Shown here piece after piece: positions 51,355-64,000 of a stretch of DNA of 64,000 bases. Numbering within the stretch: position 1 is the first letter of the stretch; each line of letters begins with the position of its first letter. The notes beneath the pieces were generated by a model. That model was not told the origin of the DNA, searched no databases, and worked only from the letters and a program-made list of their open reading frames with translations. The stretch spans positions 57,908,001-57,972,000 of the forward strand of contig OX597833.1 of the NCBI GenBank assembly GCA_951406725.2, written 5' to 3'. The position numbers and the translations under genes are program-made. The stretch is from Octopus vulgaris. Its lineage: Eukaryota.

Positions 51355-53193
51355 ACATATAGATGTATATATATAGAGAGATGTATATATTTATCTGTAT
51401 GTATATGTATATCTTTCTATATAAAATTCAAGTTGTGTGTGTGAGACTCTGTCTCCTGCAATTTTGATTCCCAAATACTCCCACATTTTGCGGTGCAATT
51501 TAGCCAAAAGCGGGTATGTTATAGTCGTCATTCATATTGAACCCTTCTGCGTATTAGCGCCAATCTACGATGAGTTTACGATTTTAAAAAAATTTACCAT
51601 CATTTCTTCGAATTTTTAATGATTTTTGCTCGGGTTATATAAGGGAAGTAACTCTCTAAAATGCTTATATAGTTATTTCCTTTACAATGCCGAGCAAAGC
51701 CGGGCGATACTGCTAGTATATATATATATATATATATATCTGTTTTAGGGTTAGAGTTAGGGTTGGGGGTTGGGTTAGGGTTAGTGTTAAGGTTAGGGTT
51801 AGGGTTTAGGTTAGGGTTAGGAGTGGGGGGAAGGGTAGCTTTTTTATTTCAGAAATGTAAATAAACCCAATCTGTTTCTTAAACGAGGGACATTTTCGTA
51901 TTTCAACGCCAGAAAATTTTACGGCAGATAATGTTTTCACCTCAATAGACGTCATTGATTGGTTGAAATTGCCAAAATTGAAGAAAACATCTTACCAATA
52001 TCTTACAAGCTACAGAATTTTTTCCAGAAAGCCAAGAGAAAGAGATGGGATGTTTTCGGTTTGAACGGCAGTTTTTTTCTAGCATGTCATATGAAATTGT
52101 CACCGTAATTATGACCCTAGTATCGATCTATTGCATTTCAATCTCTTTTAGGGTTAGGGTTAGGGGTGGAAGAAGGGTATCTATTTTTCTTCACAAATGT
52201 AAATAAACCCAATCTGGGACATATTCATACCGCACAGAATGTTTTCAGCTCAATAGACATCATTGATTGGTTGAAATTGCAGAAATTGAAGGAAAAAAAA
52301 CAACAAATATCTTACAAACTATAGAATTTTCTCAAGAAAGCCAAGAGAAAAAGATGTTTTATAAACACATTCTACCAGAATACGAAGTTGAAAAGTGTTT
52401 AGTTACTCTCTCTCTCTTTTACTCTTTTACTTTTTCAGTCATTTGACTGCGGCCATGCTGGAGCACCGCCTTTAATCGAGCAACTCCCCGGGACTTATTC
52501 TTTTGTAAGCCCAGTACTTATTCTATAGGTCTCTTTGCCGAACCGCTAAGTGACGGGGACTTAGACACACCAGCATCGGTTGTCAAGCAATGCTAGGGTG
52601 GAAAACACGGACACACAAACATACACACACACATATACACATATATACATATATACGTCAAGCATCTTTCAGTTTCCGTCTACCAAATCCACTCACAAGG
52701 CTTTGGTCGGCCCGAGGCTATAGTAGAAGACACTTGCCCAAGGTGCCACACAGTGGGACTGAACCTGGAAGCATGTGGTTGGTAAACAAGCTACTTACCA
52801 TGTGGTTGGTAAACAAGCTACTTACCACACAGCAACTCCTACGTGGGAATTATTTTTGAAAACTGCCGTTCAAACCGAAAAGATGCAATGTCATTTATAA
52901 ACGAGTAACCTGGATACGTTTATTAAATACCTAGAAACCAGAAACAACTAAAAACGAAACGGAAAGCAAATAGTGATTCATATAAATTCCTCGAATATTA
53001 TCAAATTAGAAAAAAAAAGACATATTTAAATAGGCGTAGGAGTGGCTTTGAGTTAAGTAGCTTGGTTACGAACTACATGGTTCCGAGTTCAGTCCACTGC
53101 GTGGCACCTTGGGCAACTGTCTTCTACTATAGCTTCGGGCCAACCAAATACTTGTGAATGGATTTGGTAGACGGAAACTGAAAGAAGCCCGTC

Positions 53194-53269
<76 letters not shown>

Positions 53270-53406
53270 ATGCGTTTGTCGTCCCAACATCGCTTCACAA
53301 CCGATGCTGGTGTGTTTACATCCCCGTAACTTAGCGGTTCGTAACTAATTGGTAAAATCATTGATTTATAATTAATTGATTAATTTTACCCTTTTTTATT
53401 ATTGAT

Positions 53407-53480
<74 letters not shown>

Positions 53481-55535
53481 GACAGAGATTGAATCTCTGT
53501 CTACTTCTGAAATAGATGCTGAGAACATTGAAGAAGTATACAGCAGCCTCATCAAATCAACAGAGGAAGTTGCACTAGCAACTCTTCCCAAAAAGAAGAG
53601 TAGGGGCCAGAGCAAACCTTCTAATTCCCCAAATGTCATCGAAGCCAGAAACCATCTAAAGTCTATATCACTAGCTTACCACCGTTCTCCATCCCAGTCA
53701 CTGAAGATCCAACTCATAGCTGCCAAGAAGAATCTAGATGAGGCTTACTTGAACGCCGAGGTCGACTTTATTAATGGCAAAATTAGTAAACTATGCAAAG
53801 AGCACATTAGTAAAAAACACCATCTTGCCTAGAAATCCATCAAAGACCTATCAGGCAAAAATTCTGGGTCATCAATTAGAATTAAAGGGGGATCAGCTAA
53901 GAAGCGTTTAGAAAATTGGTCAACCCATTTTAAAAACCTCCTTGGGAAGAATGCCAAAATCCCTGATAACCCCACTCTTCCAAGTGTGCCTATATCAGAC
54001 ACGCTGGACATCAACACCTCCCCTTTTGCCATATTTGAACTAACAGCAGCCACCAAGCAACTAAAAGCCTCGAAAGCATTTGGTCCCGACAACATCCCAG
54101 CTGTAATTTGGAAGGATGATAGATTTCACACACTTTTGCTCAACCTCTGCAACCACACACTTTCCACCTTTGTCGCTCCAAAGAATTGGCACCAATCTCA
54201 AATCATTCCAATACCCAAAAAGGCGATTTATCCCTCGTCACCAACTACAGAGGTATATCTCTAATGTCAATTGCTGCAAAACTGTACAACAAACTGATCC
54301 TAAATCGTCTTGTCCTTTTTGTTGAACCTTTGCTCCGAAGGAACCAAAATGGATTCAGACATGGGCGCTCAACGCTGAGCCAGATACTATGCCTACGCAG
54401 ACTTATTGAAGAATCAAAAGCATTTAATCGCGATCTTGCAATGGTATTTGTAGACTTCTCTAAAGCGTTCGATTCTGTAGATAGGTACAAGATGTTTGAA
54501 ATCCTTAAGCTCTATGGGATACCAGACAAAATCATTTCTACCATCAAGGCCCTCTACACAGATACGTCTTCAACCATCTTAACCCCTGACGGAGAAACAT
54601 CATCTTTCTCAATCAAAGCCGGAATACTGCAGGGAGACACACTCGCCCCATTTCTTTTCATCATTGTTGTTGATTATGTGCTACGTATGTCAGTTGATAC
54701 CATCTCTGGCAAGGGCTTTGAAATAAAACCAAGAAGAAGTTCCAGACACCCAGCTGAGTACTTGACAGACACTGACTTTGCTGACGACATCGCTCTTATC
54801 AGTGATTCTCTCTCCAATGCCCAGTCTCTTTTACAATCTCTTGAACAAGCCTCAAATTGTGTAGGTCTTTACCTCAATGAGGCCAAAACTGAATACATAA
54901 ACAAGTGCCTGTCCAACAGTGATTGCATCATCCATACTCTCAACAACGCGCCCTTAAATATGATTTCTGATTATAAATATCTTGGGTCATACATATCATC
55001 ATCTGGAAAAGAGTTTCTAACTAGAAAGGGTATGGCCTGGTCAGCCTGTAATGATATGCATAAGATCTGGTCATCAAATCTAAGTAGAGACTTCAAACTT
55101 GAAATATTCAAAGCCACAGTCGAACCAATTCTACTATATGGCTCAGAAACCTGGACGTTATCAAAGAGGCTTGAGAGGCGGTTGGATGGAACCTACACTC
55201 GCCTCCTTATGAGAGCTCAAAATCTCTCGTGGAAGCGCCATCCAACCAAAATGCAAATATATGGGAAACTACTACCTGTGTCATCTCTTGTGAAAGGTAG
55301 GAGAGTCCAGTTTGCTGGACATTGTTGTAGAGCTGAAAAAGAAGTAATTTCTACTCTTCTCCTCTGGAAGCCATCTACTCGCAATACCAGAGGGCGCACA
55401 CTCTCCTACCCTGATGTAATCTCCAGGGATACAGGCATCCAGCAACAGGACCTCCGTAATGCCATGATGGACCGTGAAGTCTGGCGTAGCATGGTAAATT
55501 CCATTGTCTCGATCACGGTCGAACAATGATGATGA

Positions 55536-55538
<3 letters not shown>
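53481..55538 (+). mobile_element. RTE-clade retrotransposon, duplicated copy
   Basis: Translation is identical to 37248-39306 apart from a 1-nt deletion in an A run at ~54217-54221. Confidence 0.93.
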
Positions 55539-55574
<36 letters not shown>

Positions 55575-56381
55575 GAGAGTATAACTCCAAACTTACAGGG
55601 AAAAATTCAGCTGAGTATTAAATCATATTTCACAGTATAGAGATATAAAATATGAATTAGAGATAAAACCACTATTATGCAACTCAAACAGTGATAGACA
55701 TAAACCAATACATAAATAATTTAATTTTTAAATGTATTTCATGAATATATTATATTGATATTTATAATATTTATGTAAGTAATAATGGACTAATTAATTT
55801 ATTTTTCTTTATGTCCTTATATTTATTGATAGAGTAAATTATATATTTTAATTACTATATGTGTTGATTATAATATAGATACTTATTTTTAAATATTTTA
55901 TAATTATTAGATGTGAACTTAAATTTAAAAATATGAATAGTGATTATTTTCTTAAATAATTTGGTAATTAGATATTGGACTATAACTGAGTTAAGGATAT
56001 TCGAGAGTTTATTATGTTTTTTTAAAACTATATTATATCTTCATAGATAAATACATATTTCTATCTATTTTAAAAATAAATATTTAACATAATAAATGTG
56101 TTGTAGGAAATAATCCTAATGATTTAAGCTTCTAATTTAGATAATGGAGTTTTTTTATAAGAAAAATTGTTATTTTATTTATTTCTTAAATAAATATTGC
56201 TTAACTCTATTTGCTTATTTATTTAACTATTATCATTAACCTGAAGATTGACTATAATTTTAATTTGAATTTATTTCAATTGAATTTAAACTTAATTGTA
56301 ATTCAAATTTAATTGTAGCCATGAAACGTACCTTAGTGTTCTTACTTATATTATATTTATAATTCATTTTATGCTTTTTGA

Positions 56382-56489
<108 letters not shown>

Positions 56490-58262
56490 TAAATGTTTTT
56501 ATCTTCTCTTTACAACTGCTTCCTTGTCCACTGAATACCGATTATAATTATTTTATTTTCATCATACACTACACGAAGCATTAAGTTACGTCGAACTTTG
56601 AAATTTTGCAGCCAACCACCACTATAATGACACTTATATTTTAGTTTAAGTATTTTGTGAGTCTAGAAGGTTTGTTTCTTCAATATTAGATCTGCATACA
56701 ACTCATCACTTTCCCTTATACGTATCCTATGGGATCAAATTCATCAGAAATTCATCTAATTTCGATTTTTTTTCATCTTTCATTGTTTTCTTCTTATACA
56801 TCTGTTTCTTTGAATAATTTTTAGGAAAACAACAATCAAACACAACTGTATACTTTTATTTTTATTTTATTTCAATTTTTATTGTCAATTGTGGAAAATC
56901 CAGTGCTGTTACAGGCATCTTGTAGACACAATGCTATTGTTACTAACCTGCCGTCGCTCAATCCGAACCCGGGACCCTACTAAGTCGAGCGACGACGATT
57001 GACAAGGCTCAGTCGAACGGAATCCGCCATAGAGAAAATGGTGGTGGGGGATGGCAGCGAACTCGAACCGGCGACCGGAGATAACAACAACAACAACAGC
57101 AGGAAGAAGAGAGAGAGAGAGAGACGGCGGAAGGCATTTGCTTTACGTTTAACAACAGTTTATACAATTATTACAACATCAAATAAAACGTGAAACATAT
57201 CAGATACATTTAAGAAAATAACATGCAACAGAATTTAAAAAAAGAAAGCAACAAAAGGCATGCACAATACAGAACGTCCGGAAACAATCAAAACATTAAT
57301 GTTTTGATGCAATATAGAGTTCGAAACAGGTCAACATTAAAGTCTTTCACTTTCTTTCTTTTTCTCTTTAACACAATGTTCTTTTTTCTTTCTTTTCTTC
57401 CTCGTTTCCTCAATTCACAGTTCTCCTTTTTTGACACAATTCTTTTTCTTTTCAACAATTCTTTTTTTCGACACAGTTCACAATTTAAACATAAACAAAA
57501 GATACCGTTACAAACTCCTACTACAATAGCCATGCCTTTTCGCCGTAATCCCTCTCTTTCGCTCTACATGTCCCCAATGCTATCTGCCTGTCTTTCTCAC
57601 CACGCCTGTCCACACTGTCGTAGCCTCTCCAGACTGCACCTGTTGCCAACTCACTGTCTCAGGCAGAACTGACCAACAATCTCACAGCTCGCCGCATTTT
57701 AAAGGGTGGTTTCTTAAACTTTGCTTGACCGGAAAAGGGTCAGAGGTATTTTCCAAACTCATTAATTTCTCTAAAAATTGACAGGACAAAGTGTTTTTCC
57801 GTCTGCTTGGAGCCAAACCACGAAACCAGGCCACAAGCACTCTTTCTCCGAATGACCCCCGTATCACTATTAAATTTCTTTTCAAATCTTCGAATTTATT
57901 TTTAATGAAAATTTTCCGATATTTTCAGTATATGAAATTAAATAAATTTCCTTTATTTATTGGGAAAATGGCAGGGGTTAGACATGAACGAGATATTATA
58001 AGAAAGAGGAGAACAAAGAATAGTTGTTTGTGTTTGTAAGTAATGTTAACAAGGATGCTGCATTGAGCTTATGCTAAATGTTGGAACAATGGTATCAGGT
58101 TTCATGTCTGTTTGGTAACCTAGTTTACACACATCGATGCACTTGAAAATACATTTGTCAATCTGTAGTGAAATATGTTGTGATATTAGAAGTCATTGAG
58201 AGGAATCTGTGGGTGTGTGTGTGTTTATGTGAAATTGCTAAGGTTAATAAAATGTATGTATG

Positions 58263-58321
<59 letters not shown>

Positions 58322-59473
58322 AAAAAAGTCAAGGTAGAAAATGCTAAAATAATTATATAAAAAAAACATTTCATTACTGGTTTCAGTCATTGAGACTTTT
58401 TCAACTGTAAGTATAGAAAACAATTAAATTTTGAAAAAATTAAATGAAAAGTACTTTAAAAGAATGTTTGCATAGTATTCAAATACAAGGGACATTTTCC
58501 GTGTTTCTGCCTGTCTCTGTCTCTCTTGTTTACTCTTGGGGGTTCGCGGTCATTGTGAATTCTTGGCAAAGAAGAAGAAGAAGAAGAAGAAGAAGAAGAA
58601 GAAGAAGAAGAAGAAGAAGAAGAAGAAGAAGAAGAAGAAGAAGGAGGAGGAGGAGGAGGAAATAATGTGGGAGTGCTATGATAGTAGTAGGATGTTAAAT
58701 GGCGTTGTGCCCAGTAAGTGGATTGTTGTGGATGGTAGTTGTGATTGAATCCTTGTGATATCTCTTTTGAATGTATTGTTTATAATATTTTCGTAGGTGT
58801 TATTCTAAACAGCAGTAGTAGTAAAGTAAGGAAGGAGGTGGCGGAGAGGAACAAGAAGAAGAAAGAGACAGAATAATAAGAGAATGCAGGTTGTTAGGAT
58901 AGTAGTAGGATGTTAAAATTGTCAAGTGATCACTTTTAGGTCACTTGACCATTCAACATCCTACTACTATCATAGCACTCCCGCATTATTTTCCTCTTTA
59001 AGTTAAAACGTTTTAATAAATAACTAATGTGGTTTGGTTAGTGGAATGTTTACATGTTTTTATGGGAAGTGCAGGGAAGTAACGAGGGTCTGATGATAAG
59101 TTTATATGTATTTTCTCTGTGATGTTTATTACATCGATTTCTTTTATGCCCCTTTAACTGAAAGTTACAACACTTCCACGTATGGCTACCCTGTTGAAAG
59201 ACTTTGCTGCCTCAGTTGTTTGCTTGTGTCCCAGAAAAGAGGCAAACAATTTACAAGGGCCAAATATGCCATTCAGTTCTTTAGTGCTTTCATAATAAAA
59301 TAGTATTAAAGTTTATCATCAAGACCTGTCACCGATGTTAAGTTACATCTGATGTAGAACCACCACAACAGCAGTAACTCTTAGATAGGACATTGCCAAA
59401 ATACAGACACATGAAATGATCTGCACACTAATGAACACGAACTAATATAGTCTGCAAAGGAAACTAAAACTAT

Positions 59474-59562
<89 letters not shown>

Positions 59563-60194
59563 CATTGCCATTTAAATTGAGGAAAACTTTTTAAATATTT
59601 TGGAATTTCTGGCTTCATGTTTCCTGATAGTAAAATGTCGTCCTAACTTAGGTTATCGATCTTCAATGATTTACTTGGTGTCTTTTGTTTAAATTAGTAA
59701 TTTTTGATTGTTACTTATAGAATTCCAATATTCCAACGATGTTTCAGTATAATGCAAAAGTTTCCAGTTTTACATCATCCCAATATGTAGTCACGATTAT
59801 CAAATGGAACTTTCAAGCAAAAGTATATCTCTAGATTCATTCTAATATTTTCTGCCACTTCTTCACTGTTTGGGGATGTTAAAATATGTCAAAATGAAAG
59901 TTAGTTATGACGTCATCCTTTGAATGCTCTGACGTCATTTCAACGTTGGTTTCAGGGCCACATCCATAACAAAGGCAGTAATATTTCCTGTAGAATTCTT
60001 TGCTACATTCAGCTTGTGTTTCAAAGAAAGGAGTAGTCTAAATTTATATGATTTTAAAAATTTAACAGTAGATAAACGTGTTTGGTATTACTTCAGAAAA
60101 CGTGAGATATATAACAATGAATTTCAAAATATTGTTGAATATTATCAATAAAGAAAGGAATAAGGAAAGTATATTTATGAACACAATCTATCTT

Positions 60195-61676
60195 TTATAA
60201 TTCACTCTTGTGAAGTATATTTTGGAACGCTTTGTCATTGGCAAGGTCTTCTACTGAGTGAATGAATTCCAAAACAAATTTTTTGTATTCAGTATTTCCA
60301 TTTCCATACTCATATAAATCAAGTATTATTTCCTTTATCTCCCAAATTTCTATCAGGTCTTTGTTGAAAGGAAGAAATTCTACAGCAGATTTAAGAGCCA
60401 GAACAAACCTATCCATTCCAGAACGTCTTAATTGATCTTTTTCTTCTTCATCATTTTTTCCATCTGCTTCTTTAAAACATAATCTTCCAAACAAAATGTT
60501 AAAATTAACATCTTGCATTTTGTTATCTGCTTTAAATCTTTCACAATACTTCCTGGCATTGTCATATTCTTTCAAAGAGATATATAATAAAATGATATCA
60601 AAGAGAGTAACTGAACATTCATGAGAAAGTTCAAGAGCTTGTTGAAAGTGATATTCAGCTTTGTTGATTAACTCATTCCTTTCTCTATGAGGAATACTTC
60701 GAACATGTTTTAAAACTTTCGCAAATACATTCGTTTCTTTTGAGAATTGTTTGTTCACTGGGACATATGTATATGTTGGTGTATCCATTCTCAGATAAAG
60801 TAGTCCAAGCCGATGATGAGAATATGATGTTGCTTTTATTTCAATTGCTTTTTCAAGCAATTTTCTTCCTTGTTCAAGCTGATTTGAACATATATAATGA
60901 TAGGCACTTTTCTCCAAAACATAGCGGTCATCAGGGGAAATATGAAGAGCTCTCTGAAAATACACTTCACATGGTTGACTGCGAAGAAGACAAGGACTAT
61001 GATTAAACAAACCTATCAATGCTAATGTTCTACCCATTAGGGCCTTATCAATATGGTGTGGAAAAGCACATCGTATTTTCTCTAAGTACTGTATTGATTC
61101 CTTAATATTTTCACGCATTTTCTCTTTATCCAAGGTCTTTCTTAAACAACGATATTGCAACAAAGCAATAGAAAACATACACAGATAATCGTCTGGACAA
61201 ACGTTGAGAGACTCTTTGTAAAGTTCGACAGCTCTTTCATGATCTTCAAAAGATATAGTAGCCAAACAATAAGCAACATTTCTTTTGCCTTCTGCTTCTA
61301 TCAGCGAGAAATTTTCTCTTTCTTCAAGATTACTTATTTTATCCAAAAGGTTTCTTACCTCAGAGATATTTCCATCATACAAATGAATGAATGCAAGGTT
61401 GGTTAATGCCACCAGGTTATCTGGCTTCTTTTCTCGAACTTCATTGGCTAATTTTTCAGCTGAAAATTTATCGTTCATCTGCCACAGAATATATACTAGG
61501 ACGTTCTTTTGACGAATCTCATCTTCTAAACCAAATGAGATATCATTACTTAACGAATTTTCTACTTTTTTAGAGAGAGATGACCAAACGTCTTTGGTTT
61601 TCTCAAAACTTTCTTCCATTACATTTGGAAATCTTTTAATTCTCTCCCTATACGATTCTCTTCTACTTCCTTCATC
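60195..61676 (-). CDS. IFIT-like TPR protein, copy 4, exon 2 (493 aa, intact; exon 1 expected beyond the window)
   Basis: Open 1482-nt frame after a TTTATTTCAG acceptor. Paralog of copy 2. Confidence 0.9.
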   Translation of the reverse strand, partial: DEGSRRESYRERIKRFPNVMEESFEKTKDVWSSLSKKVENSLSNDISFGLEDEIRQKNVLVYILWQMNDKFSAEKLANEVREKKPDNLVALTNLAFIHLYDGNISEVRNLLDKISNLEERENFSLIEAEGKRNVAYCLATISFEDHERAVELYKESLNVCPDDYLCMFSIALLQYRCLRKTLDKEKMRENIKESIQYLEKIRCAFPHHIDKALMGRTLALIGLFNHSPCLLRSQPCEVYFQRALHISPDDRYVLEKSAYHYICSNQLEQGRKLLEKAIEIKATSYSHHRLGLLYLRMDTPTYTYVPVNKQFSKETNVFAKVLKHVRSIPHRERNELINKAEYHFQQALELSHECSVTLFDIILLYISLKEYDNARKYCERFKADNKMQDVNFNILFGRLCFKEADGKNDEEEKDQLRRSGMDRFVLALKSAVEFLPFNKDLIEIWEIKEIILDLYEYGNGNTEYKKFVLEFIHSVEDLANDKAFQNILHKSEL

Positions 61677-61923
61677 CTGAAATAAAAACAAAATGATTGC
61701 GTATGAAATATGATATCACACATTATCATTGACAAAAAAATATTCTCCAATTTTCGATTTTTAGTTAATGAAACAATGTCAAACCTTCCTAGTCTGATAC
61801 GGTTGATGTAGTGGCTGAGCATTTTGGATCCGAATGTTCGATGTTTTGAATATACGCACAGAAAACTGAGCGTAAATACGTGAGAGAACAATGTAAGGGG
61901 TGTGTTTAACAGAGTGATAAATG

Positions 61924-61960
<37 letters not shown>

Positions 61961-62065
61961 GTCAACATCAACAACAACAATATGAAGGACAGGCTGTTGC
62001 AGATCACTTATAATATGTAATATAATATGATATAACACTCTCTCACACACACATACACACACGCG

Positions 62066-63297
62066 CAAAAATAATGGAAACACCTAGCATCATAACATCA
62101 TAATTTTGAGATATTTATAAAACCGTCAAAACGTTTTTTGATTTATTATTAGTGTTGCTTAATATGTTTTGCTAAAATTGCTTTTTCTTTTCAGATATCA
62201 TCAAAATAAGGTAATTAAAATTCATTAAGATGACAGATCTATCGGAGTTTCAAAGCGGTCAAATTGTTGGTGCTCGTATAGCAGGCGCTAGCGTAACGAA
62301 AACAGCTGAAATGCTTGGTGTATCAAGAAGTCTCGAAAGTAATGACAGCCTTTGAGAAAGAGGAAAAAAACCTCCTCGTTGAAACAAAACTCCAGAAGAA
62401 AACCAAAACTTCCAGATAGGGACCGTTGGATTCTTATGCGAATTATTAGAAAGAATCACAAAAGTACAGCTCCCTAGATTACTGTAGAGCTTAATGACCA
62501 CTTCGAGAACCCAGTTTCCACAAGAACAGTTCGCCGGGAGCTACAAAAGGCAGGATTTCAAGGGAGGGCTACAGTCAAGAAAACCACTACTTTCAAAAAC
62601 AAACGTTGCAAAGCGTTTAGAGTGGAGTAAAAATCTACAGAATTGGTCCCCAGAGCAGTGGATGAATGTTATTTTCTCGGACGAGTCATCCTTTACCTTT
62701 TTTCCGACCACCGAGTGTACTTGTGGAGTCAGCCAAAAGAAGCATTTGACCCAGACTGCTTTCTTCTATTAAACATGGAAGAGGATCTGCAATGATGAGC
62801 TTTGGGGGCTATATCTTGAAAATCCGCTGGCCCAATGATTTTCCTTCATGGCAGAATTAATAGACATGACTATTTAAGCATTTTATCTAATCAAATTCAT
62901 CCAGTGGTTGCAGAACTGTTTCCGGAGCGAAATGCAATTTTTCAGAATGATAATGCACAAATTCACACAGCTAAAGTTGTTGCTGAATGGTACGAGGAAC
63001 ATTTTAGTGAGGTTGAACATCTTATATGGCCACCACAGTCCCCAGGTCTCAATATTATTGAACACTTATTGGTGCATTTTAGAAAAATAAGGAAGGAGCC
63101 GATATCCTCCACTATCATCACTACAAGAACTGGAGACTGTTTGAACAAAAATTCCTTTGGAAAGAATTCAAACTTTGTACAAGTCCATATCTTGTAGAAT
63201 TCAACTTGTAATTACTGCCAAATATCAAAATTACTGCCATATTAAAATAAATTTGTTTGAAATGTTAAGGTGTTTCCATTATTTTGTCTAAACCCTG
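62066..63297 (+). mobile_element. Tc1/mariner transposon, decayed (copy 4 intron)
   Basis: Paralog of 29574-30803. Confidence 0.9.
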
Positions 63298-64000
63298 TGT
63301 AGGCTGAAACTGAAATCGCCGCACATTGAAACCGAACCCAGTAGCACAGGGTTGAGAAACAACTTTTATACCTCACAACTACGTTTATAAGTATATAACA
63401 CACACATATACACGCACACATACACTCGCACCTACACATTTATTTATATTCATATATACATACATGTGTGTGTGTGTGTGTGCGCGCGTCTCCGAAAAGC
63501 AGCGAAATTATATATTTCTGTACAATTAATCTCTCTCTATATAAAGCTGAAGTTGTCTGTGTATGGAAGGTTTGGTAGCCTTCAACTAACACTATCTCCT
63601 CCGAGACCCTGCGGCAAAAGTTGACCAAAATTGAGAGTATGATAGAAGAAGGCTTGCTCTTCCTTCCGTAGAAGAAAAAATTCAAATCGGAGCATGTTAA
63701 CAACAACAATTATTTACATGAAAAAGGTGTTTTTTTTCTATGAAAATCCATATTTTTGACGATTTTTTTGACTGCTCTGTCGCCATTTTTCGGTGTATTT
63801 CAAACGGAAAAATGTTCACTTAAAGAGAATAACAAGCTACATAATGCAAAATTTTTACTTTTCAAAAATTCCAATTCTAAAGGGTCGAAAGAAACCCGAG
63901 CAACGCCGGGTTATACTGCTAGTCTTCTATAAAATTGCATCACTATACTAGAGATATAAACGCTGCACTCGATTTTAATACAGAGAAAAGGAATTTTACA

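Overview
AT-rich, repeat-dense animal genomic DNA. The tRNA-derived SINE family and microsatellite load resemble octopus (cephalopod) DNA, which is an inference. From ~4.8 kb onward the window is a head-to-tail segmental tandem array: unit 1 is ~19 kb, units 2 and 3 are ~16.2 kb, and unit 4 is cut off by the window end. Each unit carries one minus-strand gene for an all-TPR protein that aligns over several gapless blocks with vertebrate IFIT (interferon-induced TPR) proteins as I recall them. The gene has an IFIT-like two-exon layout: a 51-nt first coding exon (MAEEMQKITGKMQEILL, missed by the ORF track) and one 1.48-kb exon, giving ~510 aa. IRF-E/ISRE-like and GAS-like motifs cluster upstream. 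Copy 2 is intact, copy 4 is intact as far as visible, copy 3 has a 1-nt frameshift, and copy 1 is a pseudogene (nonsense codon, 2-nt frameshift, exon 1 lost next to a Penelope insertion). The copies are sequence mosaics of one another. The rest is transposon-derived: Tc1, Gypsy remnants, a CR1-group LINE, RTE LINEs, two Penelope elements, Helitron-type non-autonomous elements, TTAGGG-containing MITEs and SINEs. Several type-I hammerhead ribozyme motifs are also present.
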